This document shows positions 1-12,825 of a stretch of DNA of 64,000 nucleotides, piece after piece (the first letter of the stretch is position 1; each line of letters begins with the position of its first letter). The notes below the pieces were generated by a model. It did no database searches. It was not told the origin of the DNA and worked only from the letters and a program-made list of their open reading frames with translations. Both the position numbers and the translations under genes were made by a program. Location: positions 14,756,001 through 14,820,000 of the forward strand of contig OZ024765.1 in the NCBI GenBank assembly GCA_964016885.1. The letters run 5' to 3'. Source of the DNA: Eledone cirrhosa. Lineage: Eukaryota.

Positions 1-47
1 ACCGATTGTGTTGTTATTTCCGTTTACCTTTTTACACACACACACAC

Positions 48-121
<74 letters not shown>

Positions 122-275
122 AATGAAGTAACTCCGTCGGAAAAGTCCAGGAAAAAAAAGTGCTCTATGTAGGTAACAGAGCTTAATAGTTATGTATCTG
201 ATGATTGAAAGCAATTTTTTTTGCTTTTAAGAAACAACTGGTAAATGGAATAATTGCCTTATGTTGTTTATTACA

Positions 276-354
<79 letters not shown>

Positions 355-357
<3 letters not shown>

Positions 358-704
358 AGAAAAAAAGAGAATCAGTGTTGCGACGAATGGAATTTATTGG
401 ACATTTTACAATCGTTTCTCTGGCGACCAGCTAGAAGCACGATCGATGTGATGATCGAAGCTGACTTGATTCTACGAAGCAGATTTTACGTTTTGCTTCT
501 ACGAACCAGATTTTCATATATATATATCGAACTGGATATTTGGAAACTCTGCTTCGTAGAATCAAGACGTATCTGGGGACCTTGTGATTTTCAGAGTCAG
601 GTTCGATCATCGCATCGATCGTGCCTCGAGCTGGTCGCCAGAGAAACGATTGTAATACGTCGAATAAATTTTGTTCGTCGCACCACTGATTCTCAGTTTC
701 TTAT

Positions 705-707
<3 letters not shown>
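355..707. mobile_element. Fold-back MITE-like element with ~110-bp imperfect terminal inverted repeats, inserted in (TA)n
   Basis: 355-465 is an imperfect reverse complement of 595-707 (both strands translate YNRFSGDQLEARSM). An inner inverted pair CTTGATTCTACGAAGCAGA / TCTGCTTCGTAGAATCAAG is present. Both flanks are TA repeats. Confidence 0.75.
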
Positions 708-744
<37 letters not shown>

Positions 745-781
745 TAGATAGATAGATACAGATAGATTGATAGAGATAGAG

Positions 782-821
<40 letters not shown>

Positions 822-854
822 GAGGTGGAGACAAATGGATAGATAGATAGAGAG

Positions 855-927
<73 letters not shown>

Positions 928-970
928 TGGATAGAGATATAGAGAGAGACAGAGACATAGCTAGATAGAT

Positions 971-1047
<77 letters not shown>

Positions 1048-1099
1048 TAGGTAGGTAGATAGGCAGATAGAGATACATAAATAAATAGATAGATAGATA

Positions 1100-1478
1100 T
1101 GTTTCTTTATTAGCCGCAGGGGCACAAAAGAAGGGGACAAATACAAAGGGGGAAGTTTACATACAATAAAAACGTGTAAAATGTTATCACAAATGCAATT
1201 TAAAAAATTAGTTGATTTTCCCCAATAGGGGGAGACATTACATATGGGTAACACATACCCTCGAAAAAATGTGCAACCTTCATCTCCAGGAGTACGGAGA
1301 GTTTGTACTCCCTTCCTCTCCCCCTCCTTTTCCTCAACCTACAGGCTGATATAGAGAGAAGGCCCATTCACTCGGGCCATTCTCGCCACTTTCACCCAGC
1401 TTTCATAAAACTTGCTGGGGTACAGCACCTCTCTCTCCATCCTGACTCTTCTTCCAAAGTGGTATTTGAAAAAAAGAA
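1100..1478 (-). mobile_element. 3' end of Tx1/L1-like LINE (ORF2 C-terminus and 3' UTR)
   Basis: Minus strand reads FFKYHFGRRVRMERE...WVKVARMARVNGPSLYISL*, homologous to the end of the zf-RVT-bearing fragment at 49035-49835. It ends GCCCCTGCGGCTAATAAAG followed by (TATC)n. Confidence 0.7.
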
Positions 1479-1803
1479 TCAGTTGATAGATAGATAGATA
1501 GATAGATAGATAGACAGACAAATAGATAAATAGATAAACAATAAAACGAAATAATAAAAAAATAAAATTTAACATAAAATTTAAAATAAAATAAAAAAGC
1601 AAAATGTCCGAACAAGATAAACAACAACAGCGAGACTATATATAACCTTAAAAACATTGTATACTAAAGATGTTCTGAAGAAACCAGATTCTGGCGAGCT
1701 CTTTTATATTTAATTCTTTCGGCTGCAGCAGTTAAAAATACAAAGAAATGAGGAACGGTATATATATATACACCTTTCTTCTTTTTTTGATGTATATGTA
1801 TAC

Positions 1804-1940
<137 letters not shown>

Positions 1941-1991
1941 TTAGTTAACCAATCTCATTTCTTCTCTCTTTAAGATTGGTTTACTCTCGAA

Positions 1992-2059
<68 letters not shown>

Positions 2060-2344
2060 ATATAATATAATAAAGCTTTGATGTTTGGTAAACTACTCTG
2101 GGCGATGTTGTTTGATTCTGACAAAATAGAGAGGTTGTTTACAATGCCTTACGTTTTGCTTTATATCAACGACGGATTAAATATAATTTGAACAATTTGT
2201 ACCACCAGGAACTACTTCCTCCCTTCACACGATCTTACTGATGAAGGTCATATATATATCTCAATATTATTGCCTGTTATTATCTCAAAGAAACATAGTG
2301 TTTATGTAGGCACACATACACACGTATATATATATATATATATA

Positions 2345-2622
2345 TGCAAAAGTTTTATTTAAAATTGTTGGGTTACAACAAGTAAATATTTTATAACTGA
2401 TATAAAACACTCGACAAGTTTTTGGATAGATATACGATATTAAACCAGCTTCCTACATAATGGTCGCTCATATTTATGGTACGTCAAAATTATTTATACA
2501 ACTGTTTATATATTGTATTTTATAGGACGAAGGCATGCCATATTTTTAATATGGTATCCCCGAAATATGTATGATGAAATAGATATGGTTTTATAAATAT
2601 AGTTTCCATTTGTTTAATATCG

Positions 2623-2623
<1 letters not shown>
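2345..2623. mobile_element. PLE-type terminal remnant, family C (hammerhead core mutated)
   Basis: Aligns with 50168-50426, 52167-52420 and 54827-55105. The core reads AGGACGA instead of CTGAnGA. Flanked by (TA)n. Confidence 0.6.
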
Positions 2624-2656
<33 letters not shown>

Positions 2657-2667
2657 ATATATATATA

Positions 2668-2864
2668 GAAACGAGTATGACCCCGACGGCTGAGCTCAAG
2701 CCGTTTCGACGGCTAATTCTGGACCTCCAGAATTACCGGTCGAAACGGCTTGAGCTCAGCCGTCGGTGTCCTACTCGTTCCTATTACCCACACTACTACT
2801 ACCATAAGTATTGAGTACTTTGGTGCGTTATGGTCCACCTGGTTCCTTACAACATTTCCTTCGT

Positions 2865-2865
<1 letters not shown>
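2668..2865 (+). mobile_element. PLE-type terminal remnant, family B, with 5' inverted arm
   Basis: CCGACGGCTGAGCTCAAGCCGTTTCGAC...GTCGAAACGGCTTGAGCTCAGCCGTCGG palindrome plus a shared tail (AGTATTGAGTACTTTGGTGCGTTATGGTCC). Six copies in the window, beside (TA)n. Confidence 0.6.
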
Positions 2866-2919
<54 letters not shown>

Positions 2920-3055
2920 CACACATATATATACATATATGTTACAAAGCTATAGAATATGATCGACACAGCTTCGGCGGTCGATTTCTCAATCAATAGT
3001 TTAATAAAGTCTGCATCATTGGGAAACTAACCGAAGTTTTATATATATATAAATC

Positions 3056-3099
<44 letters not shown>

Positions 3100-3252
3100 T
3101 TTTGAGTATATGTTGGTTTTATACCAACACCTGAGTATGCCGGCTGGAGCACTCGACGAAGTGCGCAGGTTGCTTTGGTTACTCCGGAGTAGTGTAAAAT
3201 AAAGTAAAATAAATAAGTCAAATTTTTTAAAATTTAGCTTCGTTTATTATTG

Positions 3253-3302
<50 letters not shown>

Positions 3303-3305
<3 letters not shown>

Positions 3306-3439
3306 AAGTTTTATTTAAATTGTTGGGTTACAACGAGTAAGTTATAATATAAAGCGCTCAACAGTATTGGAGCAAGATATATGCAAAGTTTTATTTAAAT
3401 TGTTGGGTTACAACGAGTAGTTTCCATTTATTTAATATC

Positions 3440-3441
<2 letters not shown>
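3303..3441. mobile_element. Family C remnant, internally deleted and duplicated
   Basis: GCAAAGTTTTATTTAAATTGTTGGGTTACAAC occurs twice, followed by the family end TTTCCATTTATTTAATATCGTA. Confidence 0.55.
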
Positions 3442-3484
<43 letters not shown>

Positions 3485-3486
<2 letters not shown>

Positions 3487-3768
3487 GAAAAATTGAACAG
3501 GGACAGAACAGACAGGCAGTACGACAAATGTTTAATAAATTCGCGCTCAGGAGAGTGGGGGTAGGTGGGGGACGACGTTTCGGGCATAAGCCCTTCTTCA
3601 GGTGAGAGTTCAAAAGGTGTGTAGGGGAGTGGTGGAGAGACATATAGCGAAAGGAAACGGTGCGAATGAAAAATTAACAAATAACGACAAAAATATAATA
3701 AATAATAAATAAAAATAAAGCATGATCAAAATACAAGGAATGAGAAAATTTAAAAATAAAGGCATGAT

Positions 3769-3770
<2 letters not shown>
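3485..3770 (-). mobile_element. PLE pseudo-LTR-like fragment with partial hammerhead core
   Basis: Minus strand 3571-3601 reads CTGAAGA-A-GGGC-TTAT-GCCC-GAAAC-GTC, typical of PLE terminal repeats. No stem I pairing was found. Confidence 0.5.
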
Positions 3771-3810
<40 letters not shown>

Positions 3811-4126
3811 CGGTGACAGCCATCTTTGGCTGTGACCTTTTCAGGCTGTCCGAATTGGTGGGTGGAGAATAGGATGGCTGTGTAGTTGCTAGTTAAGGTA
3901 GGCTTAAAAGTAAGAATAATAATAAGAAGAAAGCAAGTGGGAGGGGGGTGGGTCCTCATCAGTTGTCTACTGGGGGTCTCGGACATTTCAACGCTTCAAA
4001 AACAATATATCTACTCCCAGAGCGTCCAATAACTAGGTAAGTTATTGGGAAAATAGAGGGGAGAGAGAAGGAAATAGAAGGGAAAAGGGGAAAAAAGGAT
4101 AAAAGAGAAAAACAGCGAAAAAAAAA

Positions 4127-4198
<72 letters not shown>

Positions 4199-4202
<4 letters not shown>

Positions 4203-4372
4203 AGCTTCAGGACCCCGACGGCTGAGTTCCGGCGGTTTAGACAGCTAGAACCGAACGGCCGAGTTCAGCCGTCGGGTTCCTGAAAGTGTTCATATTACCC
4301 ATACTACTACTCCAAATATCGAGTACTCTGGTGCTTTTTCGTGGAACTGGTATCTAACCACACCATCTTTGT

Positions 4373-4373
<1 letters not shown>
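4199..4373 (+). mobile_element. PLE-type terminal remnant, family B (diverged)
   Basis: CCCGACGGCTGAGTTC...GAGTTCAGCCGTCGGG inversion and tail ATATCGAGTACTCTGGTGC. Confidence 0.55.
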
Positions 4374-4431
<58 letters not shown>

Positions 4432-4589
4432 TCCCCACTTAAAAACCTTCAAAGCACAGTCAGTCTGTTCAGATTCGTGTGGCTGGTTGTAGCCTAAAGG
4501 TGCACCGTTTTCTGTAATCTGACAAGCAATTGCGTTACTCGTAGCAGAATTTGCAGCCACCATACATATATATATATATATATATATAA

Positions 4590-4788
4590 TGTACGTTATT
4601 CCGGGTTGAATCGTAGGTAACCACAGTAAGTAAGGTACTCAATACATAGCAGAGTATAACAGTTTTAATATAGATGAGATTCTACAGGACTAGAACTGTT
4701 TCATTCATTAGAAATCATCAGGAATCTCATCTCAGAGATTCCTGATGATTTCTAATGAATGAAACAGTTCTAGTCCTGTAGAATCTCA

Positions 4789-4793
<5 letters not shown>
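4590..4793 (-). mobile_element. PLE-type terminal remnant, family A, with ~60-bp inverted repeat
   Basis: The tail is the reverse complement of 15320-15386. 4670-4728 and 4735-4793 are inverted copies. Flanked by (TA)n. Confidence 0.7.
4735..4787 (+). ncRNA. Type I hammerhead ribozyme motif (mirror copy on minus strand, 4676-4728)
   Basis: Stem I GAGATTC/GAATCTC, core CTGATGA, stem II TTC-TAAT-GAA closed by T.T, GAA, stem III ACAG/CTGT with loop TTCTAGTC, cleavage triplet GTA. Confidence 0.7.
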
Positions 4794-4881
<88 letters not shown>

Positions 4882-5100
4882 AGTACATCTACCAACATAT
4901 GTGTACAGATATACACCCATACTAGCAAATATATATGTTATGTCTTAGTACCTTTGTGGTTCTATGCAGGGGGATGCAGAACAATTATATGAAAGACGCA
5001 AAATAAGAAAATTAAAAAAAATTAAAAATCAACTTACTAAAATTTTCACTCCAACTGAATTGTTGATTTTTAATTTTTTTAAATTTTCTTATTTTACGTC

Positions 5101-5155
<55 letters not shown>

Positions 5156-5189
5156 TGTGTGTGTGTGTGTGTGTATATATATTGGCATT

Positions 5190-6305
5190 AGTTTTTGAAA
5201 TTTCAATCAATTCGATTCTCTCGCCAGTATTGTCCCTTGATAGACTAGAGGTCGCTCTTTCTTCCTCGTGTGACGTCACTACTTAGTGCAGTCTCTATAG
5301 TCTTTGTGAAGTTGGCGGCGATTCACTTTGGAAGGATAACGGTCAAAAATGGTTTATCACAGCTCTTATCAACCGCTCTCTCCTTCCTCTAGTATGTCCG
5401 TGTAGGGGCTCCCACAGAATAATTGAGTGTAGTGTCAACTCTGAATGTCTGTGAAACATGTCGTGCTAACCTCAGTCTCCCTCTTCTAGTGTGTCCGTGT
5501 AATGAGTGCAGTGTCAACTCTGAACGTCGGTGAGCATGTCCAGCTAACCCCTGTCTCCCTCTTCAAGTGTGACCGTGTAGGGGCTCCCACAGGATCACTA
5601 AGTGCAGTGTCGATTCTGAATGTCGGTGAGCATGTCCAGCTAACCTCAGTCTCCCTCTTCCAGTGTGACCGTGTAGGGGCTCCCACAGGAACAGTGAGGG
5701 CAGTGTCAACTCTGAAAGTCGTTGAGTATGTCCAGCTAACCTCAGTCTCCCTCTTCCAGTGTGACCGTGTAGGGGGTCCCACAGGATCACTAAGTGCAGT
5801 GTCGATTCTGGATATCGGTGAGAATGTCCAGGTAACCTCAGTCTCCCTCTTCCAGTGTGACCGTGTAGGGGGTCCCACAGGATCACTAAGTGCAGTGTCG
5901 ATTCTGAATGTCGGTGAGCATGTCCAGCTAACCTCAGTTTCCCTCTTCTAGTGTGTCTGTGTAGGGGCTCCCACAGGAGCACTGAGTGCAGTGTCGACTC
6001 TAGATGTCGGTGAGCATGTCCAGCTAACCTCAGTTTCCCTCTTCTAGTGTGTCTGTGTAGGGGGTCCCACAGGAGCACTGAGTGCAGTGTCAATTCTGAA
6101 AGTCGTTGAGCATGTCCAGCTAACCCCAGTCTCCTCTGTGTCACTTTTGAGCCGATTTTTGGGAGGTTCCCGTACAGCTGTGAGTTCCACATCCTCAGTG
6201 TATACTGATTAATATTCAGAGCCATCCTCAGGATTCTACTGTGGCACCCATCCACCATCTGAGTGAGTTTCTTGGTCAGTGTCCAAGTCACAGACCGTTA
6301 CTCTT
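5190..6305 (-). mobile_element. RTE-clade LINE 3' fragment with internal 96-bp tandem expansion
   Basis: Translation [45 protein letters not shown] matches the post-RT C-terminus of RTE-type LINEs. Unit marker at 5544, 5640, 5736, 5832, 5928, 6024, 6120 gives a 96-bp period. Confidence 0.75.
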
Positions 6306-6332
6306 AGTCATGTTTATGTGTGTGTGTGTATG

Positions 6333-6425
<93 letters not shown>

Positions 6426-6606
6426 ATATTTGTATATGTATACATATGTTCCTACAAATATCTATACGTGAATTTATGTCCATATATCGACAACACGGAC
6501 GCACACACACTGATGTACGTACACACGCAAGTACGCATGTCTATGTAAGCATCCATCCTTATTCATGTGTGTTCGTATATGTATCTGTGTGTGTGTGTGT
6601 GTGTTA

Positions 6607-6653
<47 letters not shown>

Positions 6654-6897
6654 TGTGTGTGTGTGTGTGTATGTGTGTGTGTTTGCTTATATTATTGTTT
6701 ACGCATCAATAAGTGTACACATATTTACGTTCGTACACATTATGAAAACCAGTTTATTCACCACACATACACACATTAACACACAGGCAACCACCTCCGA
6801 ATTCCGTCACACACACGCAGACACACACATAAATATATATATATATATATAGATATATATAAAACAAACACTCATGAACAATACACACCACACACGT

Positions 6898-6935
<38 letters not shown>

Positions 6936-6965
6936 GTATTATATATGTATTTATTATATATATTA

Positions 6966-7041
<76 letters not shown>

Positions 7042-7071
7042 TAATATATATAATAAATACATATATAATAC

Positions 7072-7128
<57 letters not shown>

Positions 7129-7210
7129 CATATATATACATACATACACATGTACATACATATATATATATACACACATGCATATATGCACACACATTTC
7201 CATACACACA

Positions 7211-7245
<35 letters not shown>

Positions 7246-7859
7246 ATACATACATCCATATATACATATATACACACACACATACATACATACACACATA
7301 TATACATATATGCATACATACATACATACACACATACATACATAGATACATGCATCCATATATACACACATACATACATACATACATACATATATGCATA
7401 CATATATACACACATACACGCACATATACACATACATACATATATACATACATACACATACATACATACACACATATAGATACATATACATACACACATA
7501 CATATACATATATACACACATACATATATAGACACATACATATATAGACACATACATAGATACATACATACATACATACATACATTCATACATACATACA
7601 TACATACATACACACATACATATACATATATACACACACACACATATATAGACACATACATATATACATACATAGATTACACGCATATATACATACGTTG
7701 TCTATCAACACTTCGTCATTATGGACGCTGGGAAATTTAATGTCTGTCGGCCATCTTGTTCAGTTTGTGTTGAAATTCAATGAACTGTTACTGGCAGACG
7801 GCTGTGACCCTAGGCTGACATAAAATTCATGGGTGAGATAATCCCTCACGTTACACCAT

Positions 7860-9114
7860 TATTGGTTGTGGTGATGGTGTCGATGGTGGTGTTGTTGGTG
7901 GTGGTGTTGTGGTGCTGTGGTGTTGGTGTTGTTGGTGGTGCTGGTGGTGTTGTGTTGTCGGTGATGATGGTGGTGGTGGTGGTGTTGTTGATGTTGGTGT
8001 TGTTGGTGATGCTGGTGGTGCTGTGTTGTCGGTGATGTTGGTGGTGGTGTTGGTGTTGTTGTTGTTGTTGGTGGTGGTGATGGCGGTGTTGTTGTTGGTG
8101 CTGGTGGTGATGTGTTGTTGGTGGTAGTGTTGGTGTTGTTGTTGTTGTTGGTGGTGGTGGTGTTGTTGATGTTGGTGTTGTTGTTGGTGCTGGTGGTGCT
8201 GAGTTGTCGGTGATGATGGTGGTGGTGTTGGTGTTGTTGGTGTTGTTGGTGGTGGTGATGGTGTTGATGGTGGTGGCGGTGTTGTTGTTGGTGGTGTTAG
8301 TGGTGGTGTTGTTGTTGTTGTTGGTGGTGGTGGTGTTGTTGATGTTGGTGTTGTTGGTGGTGCTGGTGGTGCTGTGTTATCGGTGGTGGTGTTGTTGTTG
8401 TTGTTGGTGGTGGTGATGGCGGTGTTGTTGTTGGTGCTGGTGGTGCTGTGTTGTTGGTGGTGGTGGTGTTGGTGTTGTTGTTGTTGGTGGTGGTGGTGGT
8501 GTTGTTGATGTTGGTGTTGTTGGTGATGCTGGTGGTGCTGTGTTGTCGGTGATGTTGGTGGTGGTGTTGGTGTTGTTGTTGTTGTTGGTGGTGGTGGTGA
8601 TGGCGGTGTTGTTGTTGGTGCTGGTGGTGCTGTGTTGTTGGTGGTGGTGTTGGTGTTGTTGTTGTTGTTGGTGGTGGTGGTGTTGTTGTTGATGTTGGTG
8701 TTGTTGTTGGTGCTGGTGGTGCTGAGTTGTCCGTGATGTTGGTGGTGGTGTTGGTGTTGTTGTTGTTGTTGGTGGTGGTGATGGCGGTGTTGTTGTTGGT
8801 GCTGGTGGTGCTGTGTTGTTGGTGGTGGTGTTGGTGTTGTTGTTGTTGTTGGTGGTGGTGGTGTTGTTGATGTTGGTGTTGTTGTTGGTGCTGGTGGTGC
8901 TGAGTTGTCGGTGATGTTGGTGGTGGTGTTGGTGTTGTTGTTGGTGGTGGTGGTGGTGATGGTGTTGATGGTGGTGGCGGTGTTGTTGTTGGTGGTGGTG
9001 TTAGTGGTGGTGTTGTTGTTGTTGTTGGTGGTGGTGGTGTTGTTGATGTTGGTGTTGTTGGTGGTGCTGGTGGTGCTGTGTTGTCGGTGATGTTGGTGGT
9101 GGTGTTGGTGTTGG

Positions 9115-9145
<31 letters not shown>

Positions 9146-9608
9146 GATGGTGTGGTGTTGGTGTTGTTGGTGGTGTTGTATTGTCGGTGATGTTGGTGGT
9201 GGTGTTGTTGTTGTTGGTGGTGGTGTTGTGGTGTTGTTGTTGTTGGTGGTGCTGGTGGTGCTGTGTTGTCGGTGATGTTGGTGGTGGTGTTGGTGTTGTT
9301 GTTGTTTTTGTTGGTGGCGGTGGTGGTGATGGTGTTGATGGTGGTGGTGGTGGTGATGGTGTTGATGGTGGTGGCGGTGGTGTTGTTGTTGGTGGTGTTG
9401 CTGGTGTTGGTTGTAGTGGGGGTTTTGTTGTTGTGGCGGCGGTGGCGTAGGTGGTGGTGTTGGTGTTGTTGTTGTTGTTGATGGTGTTGGTGGTAGTGGT
9501 TGTTTTGTTGTTGTTGTGGCTACGGTGGTGGCGGTGGTGGTGGTGTTGTTGGTGGTGTTGTTGTTGGTGGTGGCGCTGTTGTTGTTGGCGGTGGCGTTGG
9601 TGGTGTTG

Positions 9609-9639
<31 letters not shown>

Positions 9640-9780
9640 GATAATGTTGTCTTGGATTTAGTGCCGTAGACATATTAGCAATGATGATGATGATGATGAT
9701 GGCTATGAGAGCTATGACGATGATGATGATGATGATGGTGTTAGTGTTGGTGGTTGTGGTGTTGGTGGTTGTGGGCCATG
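7860..9780. repeat. Compound (GGT/GTT/GAT)n triplet repeat with higher-order units
   Basis: Near-pure triplet composition with a recurring GCTGGTGGTGCTGTGTTGTCGGTGAT marker. Confidence 0.9.
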
Positions 9781-9856
9781 ATGTTTGCAAGGGTGGTTCT
9801 GATATGCGACGAATGAAAGTTTTAAAGAGTTCGATAGGATTTATACAACTCCGAGT

Positions 9857-10995
9857 AGAACCGCTTGGCCCAGTGGTAAGAGTGTTGGACTTACGGCTAT
9901 AGTGTCGTGGGTTCGATTTCTGGAATGGGTTGTGAGTTGTGTTCTTGAACAAAACACTTCATTTCATGTCGCCTCAGTGGCAAGGGTGTGGGGCTTACGA
10001 CCATAATGTCGTGGGTTCGATTTCTGGACTGGGTTGTGAGTTGTGTTCTTGAACAAAACACTTCATTTCATGTCGCCTCAGTGGTAAGGGTGTTGGGCTT
10101 ACGACCATAATGTCGTGGGTTCGATTTCTGGACTGGGTTGTGAGTTGTGTTCTTGAACAAAACACTTCATTTCATGTCGCCTCAGTGGCAAGGGTGTTGG
10201 GCTTACGACCATAATGTCGTGGGTTCGATTTCTGGACTGGGTTGTGAGTTGTGTTCTTGAACAAAACACTTCATTTCATGTCGCCTCAGTGGTAAGGGTG
10301 TGGGGCTTACGACCATAATATCGTGGGTTCGATTTCTGGACTGGGTTGTGAGTTGTGTTCTTGAACAAAACACTTCATTTCATGTCGCCTCAGTGGTAAG
10401 GGTGTTGGGCTTACGACCATAATGTCGTGGGTTCGATTTCTGGACTGGGTTGTGAGTTGTGTTCTTGAACAAAACACTTCATTTCATGTCGCCTCAGTGG
10501 TAAGGCTGTTGGGCTTACGACCATAATGTCGTGGGTTCGATTTCTGGAATGGGTTGTGAGTTGTGTTCTTGAACAAAACACTTCATTTCATGTCGCCTCA
10601 GTGGTAAGGGTGTGGGGCTTAGGACCATAATGTCGTGGGTTCGATTTCTGGAATGGGTTGTGAGTTGTGTTCTTGAACAAAACACTTCATTTCATGTCGC
10701 CTCAGTGGTAAGGGTGTTGGGCTTACGACCATAATGTCGTGGGTTCGATTTCTGGACTGGGTTGTGAGTTGTGTTCTTGAACAAAACACTTCATTTCATG
10801 TCGCCTCAGTGGTAAGGGTGTTGGGTTTACGACCATAATGTCGTGGGTTTCGATTCCTGGACTGGGTTGTCTGTTGTGTTCTTGAGCAAAACATTTTATT
10901 TCACATAGCTTCAGTATATTCAACTGAAAATGAGTACTGTAACATTTGTTGGGTGCGTGCTTAACCCTGCGATGGACTGTGGTCGTGTCCAGGAA
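9857..10995 (+). mobile_element. tRNA-derived CORE-type SINE with its 104-bp head amplified ~10 times in tandem
   Basis: First unit has A box TGGCCCAGTGG; units carry B box GGTTCGATTTC and CORE-like TTGTGTTCTTGAACAAAACACTT. Period 104 (9971, 10075, 10179 ... 10803). The SINE body follows the last unit. Confidence 0.75.
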
Positions 10996-11009
10996 AGAGG
11001 AGTCTTATA

Positions 11010-11960
11010 CTATACCAGGGCAAAAGTTTTTTACAACACAGAGTACACTACACAGAACTAACCTATAACAGGGCAAAGATTTGTTCCAGCAGAGTACAGT
11101 AGAGTCATAACTTATTACAGGGAAAAAATCTATTACAAATTAGAGTACAGTAGAGAGAGCCCTAACCAAAACAGGGCAAATATTTGTTTACATATAACAG
11201 GGTAAAGATTTACTACAATTTAGAGTACAGTAGATAGACTTACACTACAACAGGGCAACGATTTGTTATAAAAGAGTACAGTTCACAGGGTAAACATTTG
11301 TTACAACAGAGTACAGTACAGTCTTAACTTATTTCAGGGTAAAGATTTACTACAATTTAGAGTACACTAGAGAGACCTAACCTACAACAGGGCAAAGATT
11401 TATCATAACAGAGTATAGTTCGCAGCCCTAATCTATAACAGGGTAAACATTTGTTACAATTTAGAATACAGTAGAGAGATCAAGCTTATTACAAGACAAA
11501 TATTTATTACAGCTTAGAGTACAGTACACAGTCATAACCTATACCAGGGCAAAGATATATTTCAATTTAAAAGTACACTACAGCCGTAACATTTAACAGG
11601 GCAAAGATTTGTGACAACTTACCATATAGTATAGAATATAGTGAGATCTAGCCAATTACAGGGCAAAGGTTTTTTATAACTTAGAGTAGAGTACACGGCC
11701 TTAAGCTACAATAGGGCAAAGGTATATTACAACTTAGAATACAGTACACAGCGTTAAGCTACAACAGGGCAAAGGTATATTACAACTTAGAGTACAGTAC
11801 ACAGCGTTAAGCTACAACAAGGCAAAGGTATATTACAACTTAGAGAAGAGTAAACGGCCTTAATCTGTGTTAGGTATAGATTTATTAACAACTTTCGAGA
11901 ATAGGAGACATCTCGAACCTATAACGGGGCAAATATTTCAATGACCGAACCTATACAGCA
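11010..11960. repeat. Degenerate ~55-60-bp minisatellite
   Basis: Recurring ACAGGGCAAAGATTT..TTACAAC.TAGAGTACAGTA motif, about 15 copies. Confidence 0.75.
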
Positions 11961-12560
11961 CAAAGAATTTGACACGAAGCTCAAACGATTCAGCTAATTC
12001 TCCAAATTCAGTTTTACATTTTCCTCAAAATTTCTAGGAGACAAGCAAGTCAATTACAGCCTCACTATATAAAGCCGTCAGCTTTTCTATAATGATATTT
12101 GCATAGATTTGTCCTCGGAGGAGTTGACAAGTGTAGGACGTCTCCGCACGTCGAGAGCTCTCCTGTCAGACGCAGATGCTTTTTAACCGTATATATTAAC
12201 GTTAAAGATTGGTTATTTAGGCTGGTGTGTTGTAGTGGCGTTGTGATGATGTGAGGTTGTTGTGAAGTTGTGATCTGGTATGGTATTGTGATGTTGTTGT
12301 GATGTGGTGATATTGTGATGTGGTGGTGTTGTGGTATGTTGATGTGATAGTGTGGTGTCCTTGCGATTTTGTGATGTGATGTTGTGGAAATAAATATCAA
12401 TATATATGTATATATATCAATATCAATATATATATATATATATATATATATCAATATATATATTTTTATAATTATTACTATATATATATATATATTTAAT
12501 GTATAATAAATTTATATATATATATATTTAATGTATAATAAATTTAATATATAATAATTA

Positions 12561-12601
<41 letters not shown>

Positions 12602-12603
<2 letters not shown>

Positions 12604-12786
12604 AACCAGTAAGACCCTGACGGCTGAGCTCAAGCCGTTTCAACAGCTAATTAGAGAATTAGCTGTCGAAACGGCTTGAGCTCAGCCGTCGGGGTCTTAC
12701 TGGTTCCTATTACCCACTCTACTACCCCAAGTATTGAGTACTTTGGTGCGTTATGGTCCACCTGGTTCCTTACCACATTTCCTTCG

Positions 12787-12788
<2 letters not shown>
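12602..12788 (+). mobile_element. PLE-type terminal remnant, family B, with 5' inverted arm
   Basis: AGGAACCAGTAAGACCCTGACGGCTGAGCTCAAGCCGTTTC is mirrored by GAAACGGCTTGAGCTCAGCCGTCGGGGTCTTACTGGTTCCT. Tail is nearly identical to the 2668 copy. Confidence 0.65.

Positions 12789-12825
<37 letters not shown>

Noticed and set aside
9867-10907. CRISPR array or tRNA gene cluster
   Set aside because: Units are identical end to end with no unique spacers, and there is no full cloverleaf. They are SINE heads.
12060-12200. TATA plus octamer (ATTTGCAT) island or small exon
   Set aside because: Short motifs are expected by chance in AT-rich DNA, and no snRNA body or convincing splice donor follows.
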